Shown piece by piece: positions 8,741-17,619 of a stretch of DNA of 32,000 nucleotides. Position 1 is the first letter of the stretch; the number at the start of each line of letters is the position of its first letter. Source of the stretch: Promethearchaeum syntrophicum (GTDB lineage: Archaea; Asgardarchaeota; Lokiarchaeia; Sigyniarchaeales; Promethearchaeaceae); NCBI RefSeq assembly GCF_008000775.2, contig NZ_CP042905.2:1080001-1112000 (forward strand), given 5' to 3'. The notes under the pieces are model-generated. The model was not told where the DNA came from and did no database searches. It was given only the letters and a program-made list of their open reading frames with translations. Both the position numbers and the translations under genes were made by a program.

Positions 8741-10087
8741 ATGTCTAAAGAAAAATTTCCTCGAAAACCTGAGCATCGGAAAAGACTTCTGTATTTAGAC
8801 TCTGTTCGAGGATTTTGCACAATGATCATTATTGTTGCTCATGCATTTTCCCATTTAATGTTTTGGGATATGAATTTAATTCCGCTGGAAGAGGTTTCCA
8901 TTATCGCAATAATTATTCTTGCACCAGTTATTATTCTTGCTACAAGTGCTCCTGCTTTTGTTCTTTTTTCAGCTAGTGCTCTTTCCTACAATTTTTACTT
9001 AGATATTAAAGAATTTATCAAGTTTAAATCGGAGAATATTCCTAATCAAAAAACTCAAATAGATATATCATTTAAAGATCCCGCTCTATCCCGGATTGTG
9101 AAAAAAAATCTCATCAGTTATTTAGTTTTATTGGTAGCATCTCTTGCTCATGTATTTTTATTTCACTATGGTTTAAATTGGAATGGTCGAGTTCAACGCA
9201 CATTGTTAACAGGGATTTTGGAAACGGGAAGTTTTACAAGTATAGATTATGAAGTTTTTTTTCAAACTGATGCTATTGGATTAATCGCTATTAGTGGAAT
9301 TTTCAATGTGGGACTTATTGTTCTTCTATTACGAAAACAAGGATATTATAAACCTAAGCGTAATCTCCTTATTCTCTTGGGGTTAATTATTGTATGGTAT
9401 ATTTTATCACCACTATTTCATAATTTACTCGATGATTTATTTTGGCAAAGTCTTAATGATGGTCGATATGGGATTACACTCTTACTAAAATTTATTGTAG
9501 GACCTCCAATGAGCATTTTTCCGAACTTTGCATTTGGATTTGCAGGTATAATTTATGGGTTTGGTTTTGCTCAGGAACAAAGTCGTGCATTTTTCCGTAA
9601 ATTAGCATTATATTTTTCAATCCTTTTTATCAGTGTTTCAGGAACCCTTATATTAATTAATGGGTTCAATCTTTCTCCTGAGTCATTTGGATTATTCCTT
9701 CCCCTAGAACTTCAGATTCTTGATTTCGCAGTCATTCAAATCTTGGTTATCATTTTTATTGAAATTATCAAATACTCCAAAAAATCAAAAAATGAAATAA
9801 CTAAATCCACTCGTATTTGGCAGAGATTGGGAAATGTTACTATGACTGCCTATATTTTTGAAAGTGTGTTATGCATTTTGAATATGAAGTGGTATATTCC
9901 CCTTTGGGAAAAACTTCCACAATCTTCATTAATTCTACATTTAGAAGTTTTTATTTTTGTTGGAATGCAGTTTGCTTTATGGTATGGGATTATATTGCTT
10001 TGGGAAAAGAAAAATTTCAAATTCTCAGTAGAATGGTTTACGAAAATTATTAGGAAGAAATTAGTAAAAAATAATAAAAAAAAATAG
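8741..10087 (+). CDS. multi-pass membrane protein, acyltransferase-3/DUF1624 (HGSNAT-like) superfamily candidate
   Basis: The N-terminal RKRLLYLDSVRGFCTMIIIVAHAF matches the R-x-x-x-D-x-x-RG...H signature of membrane acyltransferase_3/DUF1624 proteins, followed by ~10 TM helices. I prefer ATG 8741 over the TTG 8732 in the ORF track. Confidence 0.5.
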   Translation: MSKEKFPRKPEHRKRLLYLDSVRGFCTMIIIVAHAFSHLMFWDMNLIPLEEVSIIAIIILAPVIILATSAPAFVLFSASALSYNFYLDIKEFIKFKSENIPNQKTQIDISFKDPALSRIVKKNLISYLVLLVASLAHVFLFHYGLNWNGRVQRTLLTGILETGSFTSIDYEVFFQTDAIGLIAISGIFNVGLIVLLLRKQGYYKPKRNLLILLGLIIVWYILSPLFHNLLDDLFWQSLNDGRYGITLLLKFIVGPPMSIFPNFAFGFAGIIYGFGFAQEQSRAFFRKLALYFSILFISVSGTLILINGFNLSPESFGLFLPLELQILDFAVIQILVIIFIEIIKYSKKSKNEITKSTRIWQRLGNVTMTAYIFESVLCILNMKWYIPLWEKLPQSSLILHLEVFIFVGMQFALWYGIILLWEKKNFKFSVEWFTKIIRKKLVKNNKKK

Positions 10088-10102
10088 TACATTCTATGTG
10101 TT

Positions 10103-11968
10103 TCATTTAAGAACAGATATTGTTTCTTCTTCTTCGGGTTCAAATTGACTATTATGCAACTCTGCATAAAAGCCTCCACGTTTGAGTAATTCTTCATGAT
10201 TTCCTTGTTCTACAATATCTCCATCACGCATTACTAAAATTAAGTCTGCATCGCGAATGGTTGATAATCGATGAGCGATTACGAAACTTGTGCGATCTTT
10301 CATTAAATTATCCATTGCTTTTTGAATTAAAAGTTCAGTTCGAGTATCCACTGAGCTGGTAGCTTCATCCAAAATTAAAATTTTTGGATCAGCAAGAACT
10401 GCCCGAGCTATTGTAAGTAATTGCTTTTGCCCTTGAGATATATTCGTGATTTCTTCATTGAGTATCATATCATAACCTCCAGCTAAAGTGTGAACAAAAT
10501 GATCAACATGGGCTGCTTTGGCTGCTCTCATTATGTCTTCTTCGGTTGCATCAGGGTGACCGTATCGAATATTATTTCTGATCGTGTCATTGTAGAGCCA
10601 TGTATCTTGCAAGACCATTCCAAAAGTATTCCGGAGGTTTTCTCGTGAGTATTCACGAACATCATGATTATCCACCAAGATAGCGCCATCATTAACATCA
10701 TAAAACCTCATTAATAGCTTAACCATCGTGGTTTTACCGGCTCCTGTAGGCCCAACAAGTGCAATTTTTTGTCCTCGACGAGCAATAGCGGAGAAATTCT
10801 TAATGATAATCTTATCTGGGCTATATCCGAATTTAACATTTCTGAATTCAACGACCCCTACTTTATCTTCACATTGACATGGAGTTTTTGTTTCAGCGAT
10901 TTCTTCATCTTCATCGAGAAATTCAAACACTCGTTCAGCTGCAGCACCAGTTTGTTGAAGGGTACTAGAAACATTCGCCAGCTGCCCTAACGGTCTCGTA
11001 AATGATCGAACATATTGGATAAATGCTTGAATATCTCCAATATTAATGCTACCTTGAATTGCTAACCATCCTCCTAAAATTGCAACAACTACATATCCTA
11101 AATTGCCTATGAAATTCATGATTGGCATCATCAAGGTTGAAAAGAATTGGGATTTCCATGCAGTTTTATATAAAGTTCCATTATACTCTCCAAATTTCTC
11201 TATGCTTTTTTCCTCCCCATTAAAGGACTTCACTACAAGGTGTCCGCCATACATCTCTTCAACATGGCCATTTACATGTCCCAAATATTCTTGTTGTCTT
11301 GTGAAATATTTCTGAGATCTTTTTAAGATAATACCTAACAAAATCATGGATAATGGAATTATTGCTAAAGATACTAAAGCAAGAAGCCAGTTTATTGTGA
11401 ACATCATCACAAGAACTCCGATAACCGTCACTATTGATGTTATTAATTGTGTGATACTTTGACTTAGAGTTTGATTTATTGTATCTACATCATTTGTAAT
11501 CCGTGAAAGGACTTCCCCTTGACTTATACCATCAAAATATTTTAATGGCATTCGATTGATTTTTTCGGATATATCTTTTCTAAGCCGAAAAGAAATATCG
11601 GTTGAAATATTTGCCATTATCCATCCCTGAATATAACTAAACAGTGATGAAACAGCGTAAAGTATCAAGACACCGATTACAATCTTACCAATTGCGGTAA
11701 AATCAATATCTCCCAAACCTCGAATTTTTCGGACTAAACCTTCGAATAATTCTGTGGTTGCCTGTCCCATTATTTTTGGACCGACAATCATTGCTGCAGT
11801 AGATCCTATAGCGAATATTAAGACAATTATAAAAGATTTTTTATAATGAGACATATAGGAGAAAAGTTTTTTCATAGCCATCTTGATGTCACGAGCTTTT
11901 TCTGGCTTCGCTTTCATCATACCTCCTCCTGGACCACGTCTCCGAGATCCAGCTGGTCGATGCATCAT
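10103..11968 (-). CDS. ABC exporter half-transporter (TMD-NBD), canonical-hydrolysis subunit of a heterodimer
   Basis: Walker A GPTGAGKTT, Walker B ILILDEATSSVD and H-loop IAHRLST are canonical. The signature motif is degenerate (ISQGQKQL). The N-terminus RRRGPGGGMMKAKPEKARD is typical of the YheH/BmrD/LmrD/TM288-type half. Its ATG overlaps the upstream stop (ATGA, 11965-11968). Confidence 0.9.
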   Translation of the reverse strand: MMHRPAGSRRRGPGGGMMKAKPEKARDIKMAMKKLFSYMSHYKKSFIIVLIFAIGSTAAMIVGPKIMGQATTELFEGLVRKIRGLGDIDFTAIGKIVIGVLILYAVSSLFSYIQGWIMANISTDISFRLRKDISEKINRMPLKYFDGISQGEVLSRITNDVDTINQTLSQSITQLITSIVTVIGVLVMMFTINWLLALVSLAIIPLSMILLGIILKRSQKYFTRQQEYLGHVNGHVEEMYGGHLVVKSFNGEEKSIEKFGEYNGTLYKTAWKSQFFSTLMMPIMNFIGNLGYVVVAILGGWLAIQGSINIGDIQAFIQYVRSFTRPLGQLANVSSTLQQTGAAAERVFEFLDEDEEIAETKTPCQCEDKVGVVEFRNVKFGYSPDKIIIKNFSAIARRGQKIALVGPTGAGKTTMVKLLMRFYDVNDGAILVDNHDVREYSRENLRNTFGMVLQDTWLYNDTIRNNIRYGHPDATEEDIMRAAKAAHVDHFVHTLAGGYDMILNEEITNISQGQKQLLTIARAVLADPKILILDEATSSVDTRTELLIQKAMDNLMKDRTSFVIAHRLSTIRDADLILVMRDGDIVEQGNHEELLKRGGFYAELHNSQFEPEEEETISVLK

Positions 11969-14220
11969 GATAATCCCTCCAATGCAAGCTGTGAAACAGC
12001 AATTTCTTTATATGTTTCACATGTTTCAAGTAATTGTTCATGTGTTCCTTTTCCAATAATTCTTCCTTCGTCTAAGACAATAATTTGTTCTGCATTCATA
12101 ACAGTAGAAACACGTTGTGTCACGATAAGTAAGGTGCTGTTTCCTGTTGTCTGCTTCAAAGCTCTTCTGAGTGCAGCATCAGTTTTAAAATCTAATGCCG
12201 AAAAACTATCATCGAAGATATAAATAGGTGGTTGCTCAAGTAAAGCGCGAGCAATGGATAAGCGCTGTTTTTGACCACCCGACACATTTGTTCCGCCTTG
12301 AGATATTGCAAGAGACATTCCTTGATCCTTAGCAAAAACAAATTCAGCAGCTTGTGCAGTAATTATGGCATTCTTCAATTCTTCTTGAGTAGCATTCTCG
12401 TTTGCATAAAGTAAATTACTTTCAATTGTTCCCGAGAATAATGTGTTTTTTTGAGGAACATATCCTAATTTTTCCCGTAAGTCGTGTTGGGTTACCTCTT
12501 GAATGTTGATGCCATCTATCAAGATGGAACCTTTTGACGCTTCATAAAAACGCGGAATTAGATTTACAATTGTTGATTTTCCGGAACCAGTTGCACCAAT
12601 AAATGCCGTCATTTGACCAGGATGTGCGGTGAAAGAAATATTATGAAGAATGTCTTTCTCAGCATTTGGGTATCGAAAAGATACGTCCCGAAACTCAATT
12701 TTTCCTTCAAAAGGGGATGCAAATTGCTTGGGATTTTGTATATCTTTAATTGATGGTTCAGTATTCAGCACTTCTTTGATTCGCTCGACTGATACTGAAG
12801 CTCGTGGTAGAATTATGAACATCATAGTCACCATCAGAAATGCCATTACGATTTGCATTGCGTATTGTAAAAATGCTATCATATCACCTACTTGCATTGT
12901 TCCGTCGGCTACTTCATGAGATCCGTACCAAATTATTGCTAAAGTTAGTACATTCATAATTAACATCATCATTGGCATCATAATAACCATTATTCGGTTT
13001 ATAAATAGACTGACCTTGGTAAGATCGCGATTTGCATTCTCAAAACGCTCCTCTTCATTTTTTTGCATATTAAATGCCCGAATTACCATCATTCCTGAAA
13101 GATTTTCTCTGGATACAAGGTTGAGGCGATCAATTAATTTCTGAACTATTTTAAATTTCGGGAATGCCACGATGAAGACTGTCAGAATAAGGAGGATAAG
13201 AAGAAGTACTGCGATTCCAACAATCCACCACATAGAGGAGGCCTTATCTAACGCCCGGATGACACCCCCAATCCCCATTATTGGAGCATAAAAGACCATC
13301 CTTACAATGATAAATACCATCATTTGAATCTGAGTAACATCATTTGTAGATCGAGTAATAAGGGATGCGGTAGAAAAGCTGTCAAATTCCGCACTGGAGA
13401 AGTTTTCAACTTGTTCAAATACATCTGCCCGAATTTTCTGAGCCATTCCTGCTGAAGTTTTAGCAGCTAAAAATCCAACTGTGACCGTGGCTATGACTGA
13501 AAGAAGGGTAAATAGAAGCATGATTCCTCCAGACTTGAGAATAAACATTAATTCTATATTGTCTATATCTACACCAATTGCTTCATATTCAGCAATTACT
13601 GCTACAATCGCAATTTGATTAAGCATCGTCTCTCCCAAAGCAGAAAAATTCTCAACAATTCCCTCTCTCATCACCGTCCGATTAGCGGGATCAACAACAA
13701 ACTCCAGAAATTGGTAAAAGGAAGATTCTGTAGGGAACATAGTAAGATCGAACCCCAAATCCATTCCTGTATCTATAGTCACGTTGTGTTGTGTTGCGTT
13801 GTAGATTTGATTCAAACTAAAGACTACAGTCATTAATTCTGCCATTGCAGGTTCTAAACCTTCAATGTCTGACTTACTAGCATTTGATAGTACGTAAATC
13901 GATTCGTTTACCAGTATTGGGTATTCCTCCAGATATTCCTCGTAGTTTTGAGAAGTATTAGTGATAAGCGAATAATTTCCCTTAATCAGAGTTTCTTCTT
14001 CGGGAGTCATAAAAAGCTCCAGTTTGTGCATTTCAGTTTCGCGAATTCCTAAAGGTACCGTACTTTCAATACCTTGTTGTTGGATCCCAGTATCTACAAT
14101 ATCCGATAAGTAATCAGGTAGGGACAGATCTAAATTTGCTTGGGCGAATAACAGCACAATGGCCAGAAAAATCATTGGCAAATAGGGTACTGCATATTTA
14201 ATTATTCTTTTTTTTACCAT
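11965..14220 (-). CDS. ABC exporter half-transporter (TMD-NBD) with large extracytoplasmic insert, degenerate-site subunit
   Basis: Walker A GATGSGKST and signature VSGGQKQR are intact. Walker B is IYIFDDSFSALD (Asp in place of the catalytic Glu) and the switch is TQRVST (Gln in place of His). An insert of ~190 aa between TM1 and TM2 carries 8 N-x-S/T sequons. Confidence 0.9.
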   Translation of the reverse strand: MVKKRIIKYAVPYLPMIFLAIVLLFAQANLDLSLPDYLSDIVDTGIQQQGIESTVPLGIRETEMHKLELFMTPEEETLIKGNYSLITNTSQNYEEYLEEYPILVNESIYVLSNASKSDIEGLEPAMAELMTVVFSLNQIYNATQHNVTIDTGMDLGFDLTMFPTESSFYQFLEFVVDPANRTVMREGIVENFSALGETMLNQIAIVAVIAEYEAIGVDIDNIELMFILKSGGIMLLFTLLSVIATVTVGFLAAKTSAGMAQKIRADVFEQVENFSSAEFDSFSTASLITRSTNDVTQIQMMVFIIVRMVFYAPIMGIGGVIRALDKASSMWWIVGIAVLLLILLILTVFIVAFPKFKIVQKLIDRLNLVSRENLSGMMVIRAFNMQKNEEERFENANRDLTKVSLFINRIMVIMMPMMMLIMNVLTLAIIWYGSHEVADGTMQVGDMIAFLQYAMQIVMAFLMVTMMFIILPRASVSVERIKEVLNTEPSIKDIQNPKQFASPFEGKIEFRDVSFRYPNAEKDILHNISFTAHPGQMTAFIGATGSGKSTIVNLIPRFYEASKGSILIDGINIQEVTQHDLREKLGYVPQKNTLFSGTIESNLLYANENATQEELKNAIITAQAAEFVFAKDQGMSLAISQGGTNVSGGQKQRLSIARALLEQPPIYIFDDSFSALDFKTDAALRRALKQTTGNSTLLIVTQRVSTVMNAEQIIVLDEGRIIGKGTHEQLLETCETYKEIAVSQLALEGLS

Positions 14221-14240
14221 TACTTTTTGTTCTCCTAATA

Positions 14241-14789
14241 TTAGCTTCTAGGAATTAAGTTATCTTTTTCAATTAATTTCTCAAGTTTTACTTTTCGTTT
14301 ACGAATAAATTCAAGTTTTTCTTGTAATTTAGATTCCATTTGAGTTATAAATTCTAATTTTTGCTTAATTGATATATCACTTTTGAGGGGATTTGTAATA
14401 GGATCTTGCCAAAGGTGAAATGAAGCACAATCTATAAATTTTTTACCATCAAATTTCTGAACTTCTGGCATTTTCTGGCGAACATATTCGAATTGATTTA
14501 GTAATGCTTCTTTTAAATTTATATAATAATTCTGGCCGAGGTCTGAAATGAAAAATTTATATCTTGGTCTTCCTTGATCATTTTGTTCTTCATTTCTGGT
14601 CAATAATCCTTGTACAAACAAATTATTCATCATTCGATAGATTTTTGATGTTGGAATTGTGTCTTTTCCTATTTTTTTTAAATCATAGTAAGTCAAACCA
14701 TCTGGATTAGCTTTAAGAGTATTGAAAACCAACAAAAGTCTTATATCCTTCCAGAGATCATGAAAATATGAAAAATCTTTACCCCACAT
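14241..14789 (-). CDS. PadR-family winged-helix transcriptional regulator with C-terminal coiled coil
   Basis: LLVFNTLKANPDGLTYYDLKKIG...SKIYRMMNNLFVQGLLTRNEEQNDQGRPRYKFFISDLGQNY is a PadR-like wHTH. It sits immediately upstream of and co-oriented with the ABC pair. I prefer ATG 14789 (MWGKDF...) over the TTG 14834 in the ORF track. Confidence 0.7.
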   Translation of the reverse strand: MWGKDFSYFHDLWKDIRLLLVFNTLKANPDGLTYYDLKKIGKDTIPTSKIYRMMNNLFVQGLLTRNEEQNDQGRPRYKFFISDLGQNYYINLKEALLNQFEYVRQKMPEVQKFDGKKFIDCASFHLWQDPITNPLKSDISIKQKLEFITQMESKLQEKLEFIRKRKVKLEKLIEKDNLIPRS

Positions 14790-14927
14790 ATAGAATCGCA
14801 AATTGTATGATTTTATTGCAAAATGATATATCAATGAAAAATCGATATATTATTTAATTTTTTTCATTTTGAAATATATCTAGATTGAAAATTTGTGAAT
14901 TTAATAAAATAACAAAATGAAAAAAAA

Positions 14928-15386
14928 TCATAATCGCAATTCTAATACAGAATATTTTTTTTGAAAATTCAAATCTTTGTAAAGATTAAAGCTTCGTTCA
15001 TCATCACTTTTTACATTAAGCTTAATAACTTGAATATCTAATTTTTTTAAATTTTCTATCACAGATCCCAATAATGAACTTAAATTTTCATCAGTTCTAT
15101 ATTTTGGACGAATATAGATGTCTTTAATATATCCTTCTGAATTTCCGAAAGGATCAACTCTTAATTCAGAGAAAATCATAGCAATTAATTCCTTTGATTC
15201 CCCTGGTCCTATTTTGTCTTCAACAACAAACGTGCCTTGTCTCTGGAGGGGATCAAATATTCTCCGAGCAATCCCCCATTCAAATCTTTTTTCATCGAAG
15301 GGTTCTTTTTTTTCACTCACAAGTAATCTAGTTAGTAGTTCGATTTGATCGCGGTCTTCAGGAGTTGCATTCCTAAATTTTTCCAT
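14928..15386 (-). CDS. GNAT-fold (N-acetyltransferase-like) protein
   Basis: The size (152 aa) and layout fit GNAT: ...IAMIFSELRVDP...GYIKDIYIRPKYR...LLGSVIENLKK...NLYKDLNFQK. The acetyl-CoA loop reads R-T-D-E-N-L rather than the usual R/Q-x-x-G-x-G/A. Confidence 0.55.
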   Translation of the reverse strand: MEKFRNATPEDRDQIELLTRLLVSEKKEPFDEKRFEWGIARRIFDPLQRQGTFVVEDKIGPGESKELIAMIFSELRVDPFGNSEGYIKDIYIRPKYRTDENLSSLLGSVIENLKKLDIQVIKLNVKSDDERSFNLYKDLNFQKKYSVLELRL

Positions 15387-15444
15387 TTTTCATCACATGA
15401 TAATTTAATTTATATATTTATTAATTCTTTAACCATTAATTTTT

Positions 15445-15454
15445 TTTTAAATAT
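15445..15454 (+). promoter_or_regulatory. TATA-like element upstream of the rfc operon
   Basis: ttttaaatat lies ~50 nt upstream of the TTG start at 15503. GAGG at 15491-15494 sits 8 nt before the start as a Shine-Dalgarno-like element. Confidence 0.35.
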
Positions 15455-15502
15455 CGCTCATAACATTTGTAGTAGTAGAAATTTCATTTTGAGGAAATAA
15501 TT

Positions 15503-16510
15503 TTGGATAAAAAATACAAAGATTTGAGGGATATTCCGTGGGTAGAGAAATATCGTCCCAAACATCTAAATGATATAATTAGTCAAACTTTAACGGTGCA
15601 ATCATTAAGGAATTTTGTAGAAAAGAAAACTTTACCACATTTAATTTTTGCAGGACCCGCTGGAACCGGTAAAACTTCCACAGCGAGATCATTAATTAAT
15701 GACTTTTTGCAGACCGAGAATAACCGGATTCCTCAAGATTGTATGCTAGAAAAGAATGCTTCTGACGAGGTACGAATGGGAAAACTGGACCAAATTAAAA
15801 ATTTCGTATTTCATCGAGGAATAACCAACGCAAATCATTTTAAATTTGTAGTATTAGATGAAGCTGACAATATTCCAAAAGCGGTCCAGTCTGCTTTCCG
15901 AAGAATAATAGAGATGGCACCTCCTAACGTGAAATTCATTTTTATGTGTAATTTTGTAGAAAAAATAATCGATCCAGTCTTAAGTCGGTGTGCAATATTT
16001 AGATTTTATCCTCTTCCTCGTGCTGGCTTTGATCAAAATATGAAATCAATTGCAAAAAATGAAAAGATCAAGGTTTCCAAGAATGTTTTTGATGCAATTT
16101 ATTATATTACATTAGGCGATATGCGTCTTGCAATAAATTTGTTTCAAATGATTGTAGCTCTTCATGAAGATGAGACATTAGACAGTATTCCAATTAATCC
16201 TGATGTGGTATATGAAATATCTGGGTATTTACCCCAGAAGAAATTGGATGATTTATACAAATATTGTGAATCATTAAATTATGGAGAGGTCCTAAAAATA
16301 CTTAATACTCTTCAAGGATTTTCAAGTCGGGGATTATTTCGCCAAATAATGTCCAAAGTATTAAGTTCTGAGCTAAATTTTCCTGTTAGGGAACGATTGT
16401 TAACTATAATTGCTGAATATGATTATCGATTATCATTAAGTGCAGATCCTCAAATCCAAATTAATGGCTTTTTTGCCAACTTAATCTCTATTTTAGGAGG
16501 AACTGAATAA
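15503..16510 (+). CDS. rfcS: replication factor C small subunit (canonical ATPase)
   Basis: IPWVEKYRPKHLNDI (RFC box II), Walker A GPAGTGKT, NASDE, Walker B VVLDEADN, SRC arginine-finger motif LSRCAIFRF, sensor GDMRLAIN. TTG start preceded by GAGG. Confidence 0.9.
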   Translation: MDKKYKDLRDIPWVEKYRPKHLNDIISQTLTVQSLRNFVEKKTLPHLIFAGPAGTGKTSTARSLINDFLQTENNRIPQDCMLEKNASDEVRMGKLDQIKNFVFHRGITNANHFKFVVLDEADNIPKAVQSAFRRIIEMAPPNVKFIFMCNFVEKIIDPVLSRCAIFRFYPLPRAGFDQNMKSIAKNEKIKVSKNVFDAIYYITLGDMRLAINLFQMIVALHEDETLDSIPINPDVVYEISGYLPQKKLDDLYKYCESLNYGEVLKILNTLQGFSSRGLFRQIMSKVLSSELNFPVRERLLTIIAEYDYRLSLSADPQIQINGFFANLISILGGTE

Positions 16511-16512
16511 AA

Positions 16513-17616
16513 ATGGACGAAAAATCTGATTCTAAAGTAGATTCTCAAAAAATGTATGTTCCAGGAGATTTAATGTCTAGTCCATTATGGAGAATTAAAT
16601 ACCGGCCATTAATGCTTGATTCAATAAAAATCTACTATCCAAAGATATACTCTCAGTTGAAAGGATATTCTAAAGCAGGAAATATCCCACATTTAATTTT
16701 TGTTGGACCTGAAGGAGGAGGAAAAACATTACTGGCTGAATTATTATCACGGGAATTATTAAAATCAGAGTTCTCGATCAATTATAAACTGCTTTTTGCT
16801 GATGATCCTATTGGAAAAACGGAACGTAATGAATCAAATAAACAAGGTAGGATTTCAACTCGTAGAATTGGTTCAGGTGCTGGATCTGTTCGTAGATATA
16901 GGCCTTTTATTCAGATGAGGGTCCGTCCATTTTTATCAAATAGGAAATTCGGGGATGCTCCGTTTAAAATCTTAACAATAAAAAATTTCCATAGATTAGA
17001 TGTCGAACAACAAGCATTTAGAAGATTGATGGAAAAATATTCTTCTAATTGTAGAATCATTATAGTCACAAATAAAATATCTGGAATTATTGATCCAATA
17101 ATTTCACGTTGTCAGCTGATTATGGTTCCTTATTTGCCTTCACATCTTTTCAATAAACTGATTAAATCTATCTGTGAAAAGGAAAAAATCGAAATAAAAT
17201 TAGATACCTTAAATTATTTGAACAAAATAACTCATTTTAATATTGGAAAAGCCTTAGATTTACTACAACTTACCTATTTAACATTTAAATCAATTAATAT
17301 AAACAATCTCTCTAAAATGAAGAGTCAATTGAGTAACACTTTAGTGAAAGATTTATTTATTCAGACTTCTAAAGGAAAATTCCCATTAATTCGTAGAACC
17401 TTGCGCGAAATTTTTAAACAAAAATCCCTCTCAAAGGCTGAAATTTTAGTAGAATTGAGTAGGGTAGTTATACAATTACCATTAGAACGAAAATTGCGCG
17501 TTTTATATCTCGATTTGATAGCAAGAACCGATTTTGAATCTATCGAATCTAATGATGATGAAATTCAACTTAATAAATTACTTTCTCAAATGATGTTAGT
17601 TGGACAGGAGATATAG
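16513..17616 (+). CDS. divergent second RFC small-subunit paralogue lacking Walker B acidic residues
   Basis: WRIKYRP, Walker A GPEGGGKT, SRC motif IISRCQLIMV, and RFC-like QQAFRRLMEKYSSNCRIIIVTN are present. The DEAD position reads KNFH (16981-16992) and NASD reads FADD. There is a ~45-aa Arg-rich insert. AGGAGG lies upstream of the ATG, and the gene starts 2 nt after the rfcS stop. Confidence 0.8.
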   Translation: MDEKSDSKVDSQKMYVPGDLMSSPLWRIKYRPLMLDSIKIYYPKIYSQLKGYSKAGNIPHLIFVGPEGGGKTLLAELLSRELLKSEFSINYKLLFADDPIGKTERNESNKQGRISTRRIGSGAGSVRRYRPFIQMRVRPFLSNRKFGDAPFKILTIKNFHRLDVEQQAFRRLMEKYSSNCRIIIVTNKISGIIDPIISRCQLIMVPYLPSHLFNKLIKSICEKEKIEIKLDTLNYLNKITHFNIGKALDLLQLTYLTFKSININNLSKMKSQLSNTLVKDLFIQTSKGKFPLIRRTLREIFKQKSLSKAEILVELSRVVIQLPLERKLRVLYLDLIARTDFESIESNDDEIQLNKLLSQMMLVGQEI

Positions 17617-17619
17617 AAG

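Noticed and set aside
9850-10197. 115-aa minus-strand ORF (and 60-aa plus-strand ORF 9871..10053) at the 3' end of the acyltransferase-like gene
   Set aside because: It overlaps the well-supported membrane-protein frame and the ABC gene end. The sequence is low-complexity F/K/N-rich and looks like an AT-rich frame artefact.
11846-12223. 125-aa plus-strand ORF across the junction of the two ABC transporter genes
   Set aside because: It lies entirely antisense to two genes with unmistakable ABC motifs. Its Ser/Cys/His-rich composition is typical of an antisense frame, and it has no start context.
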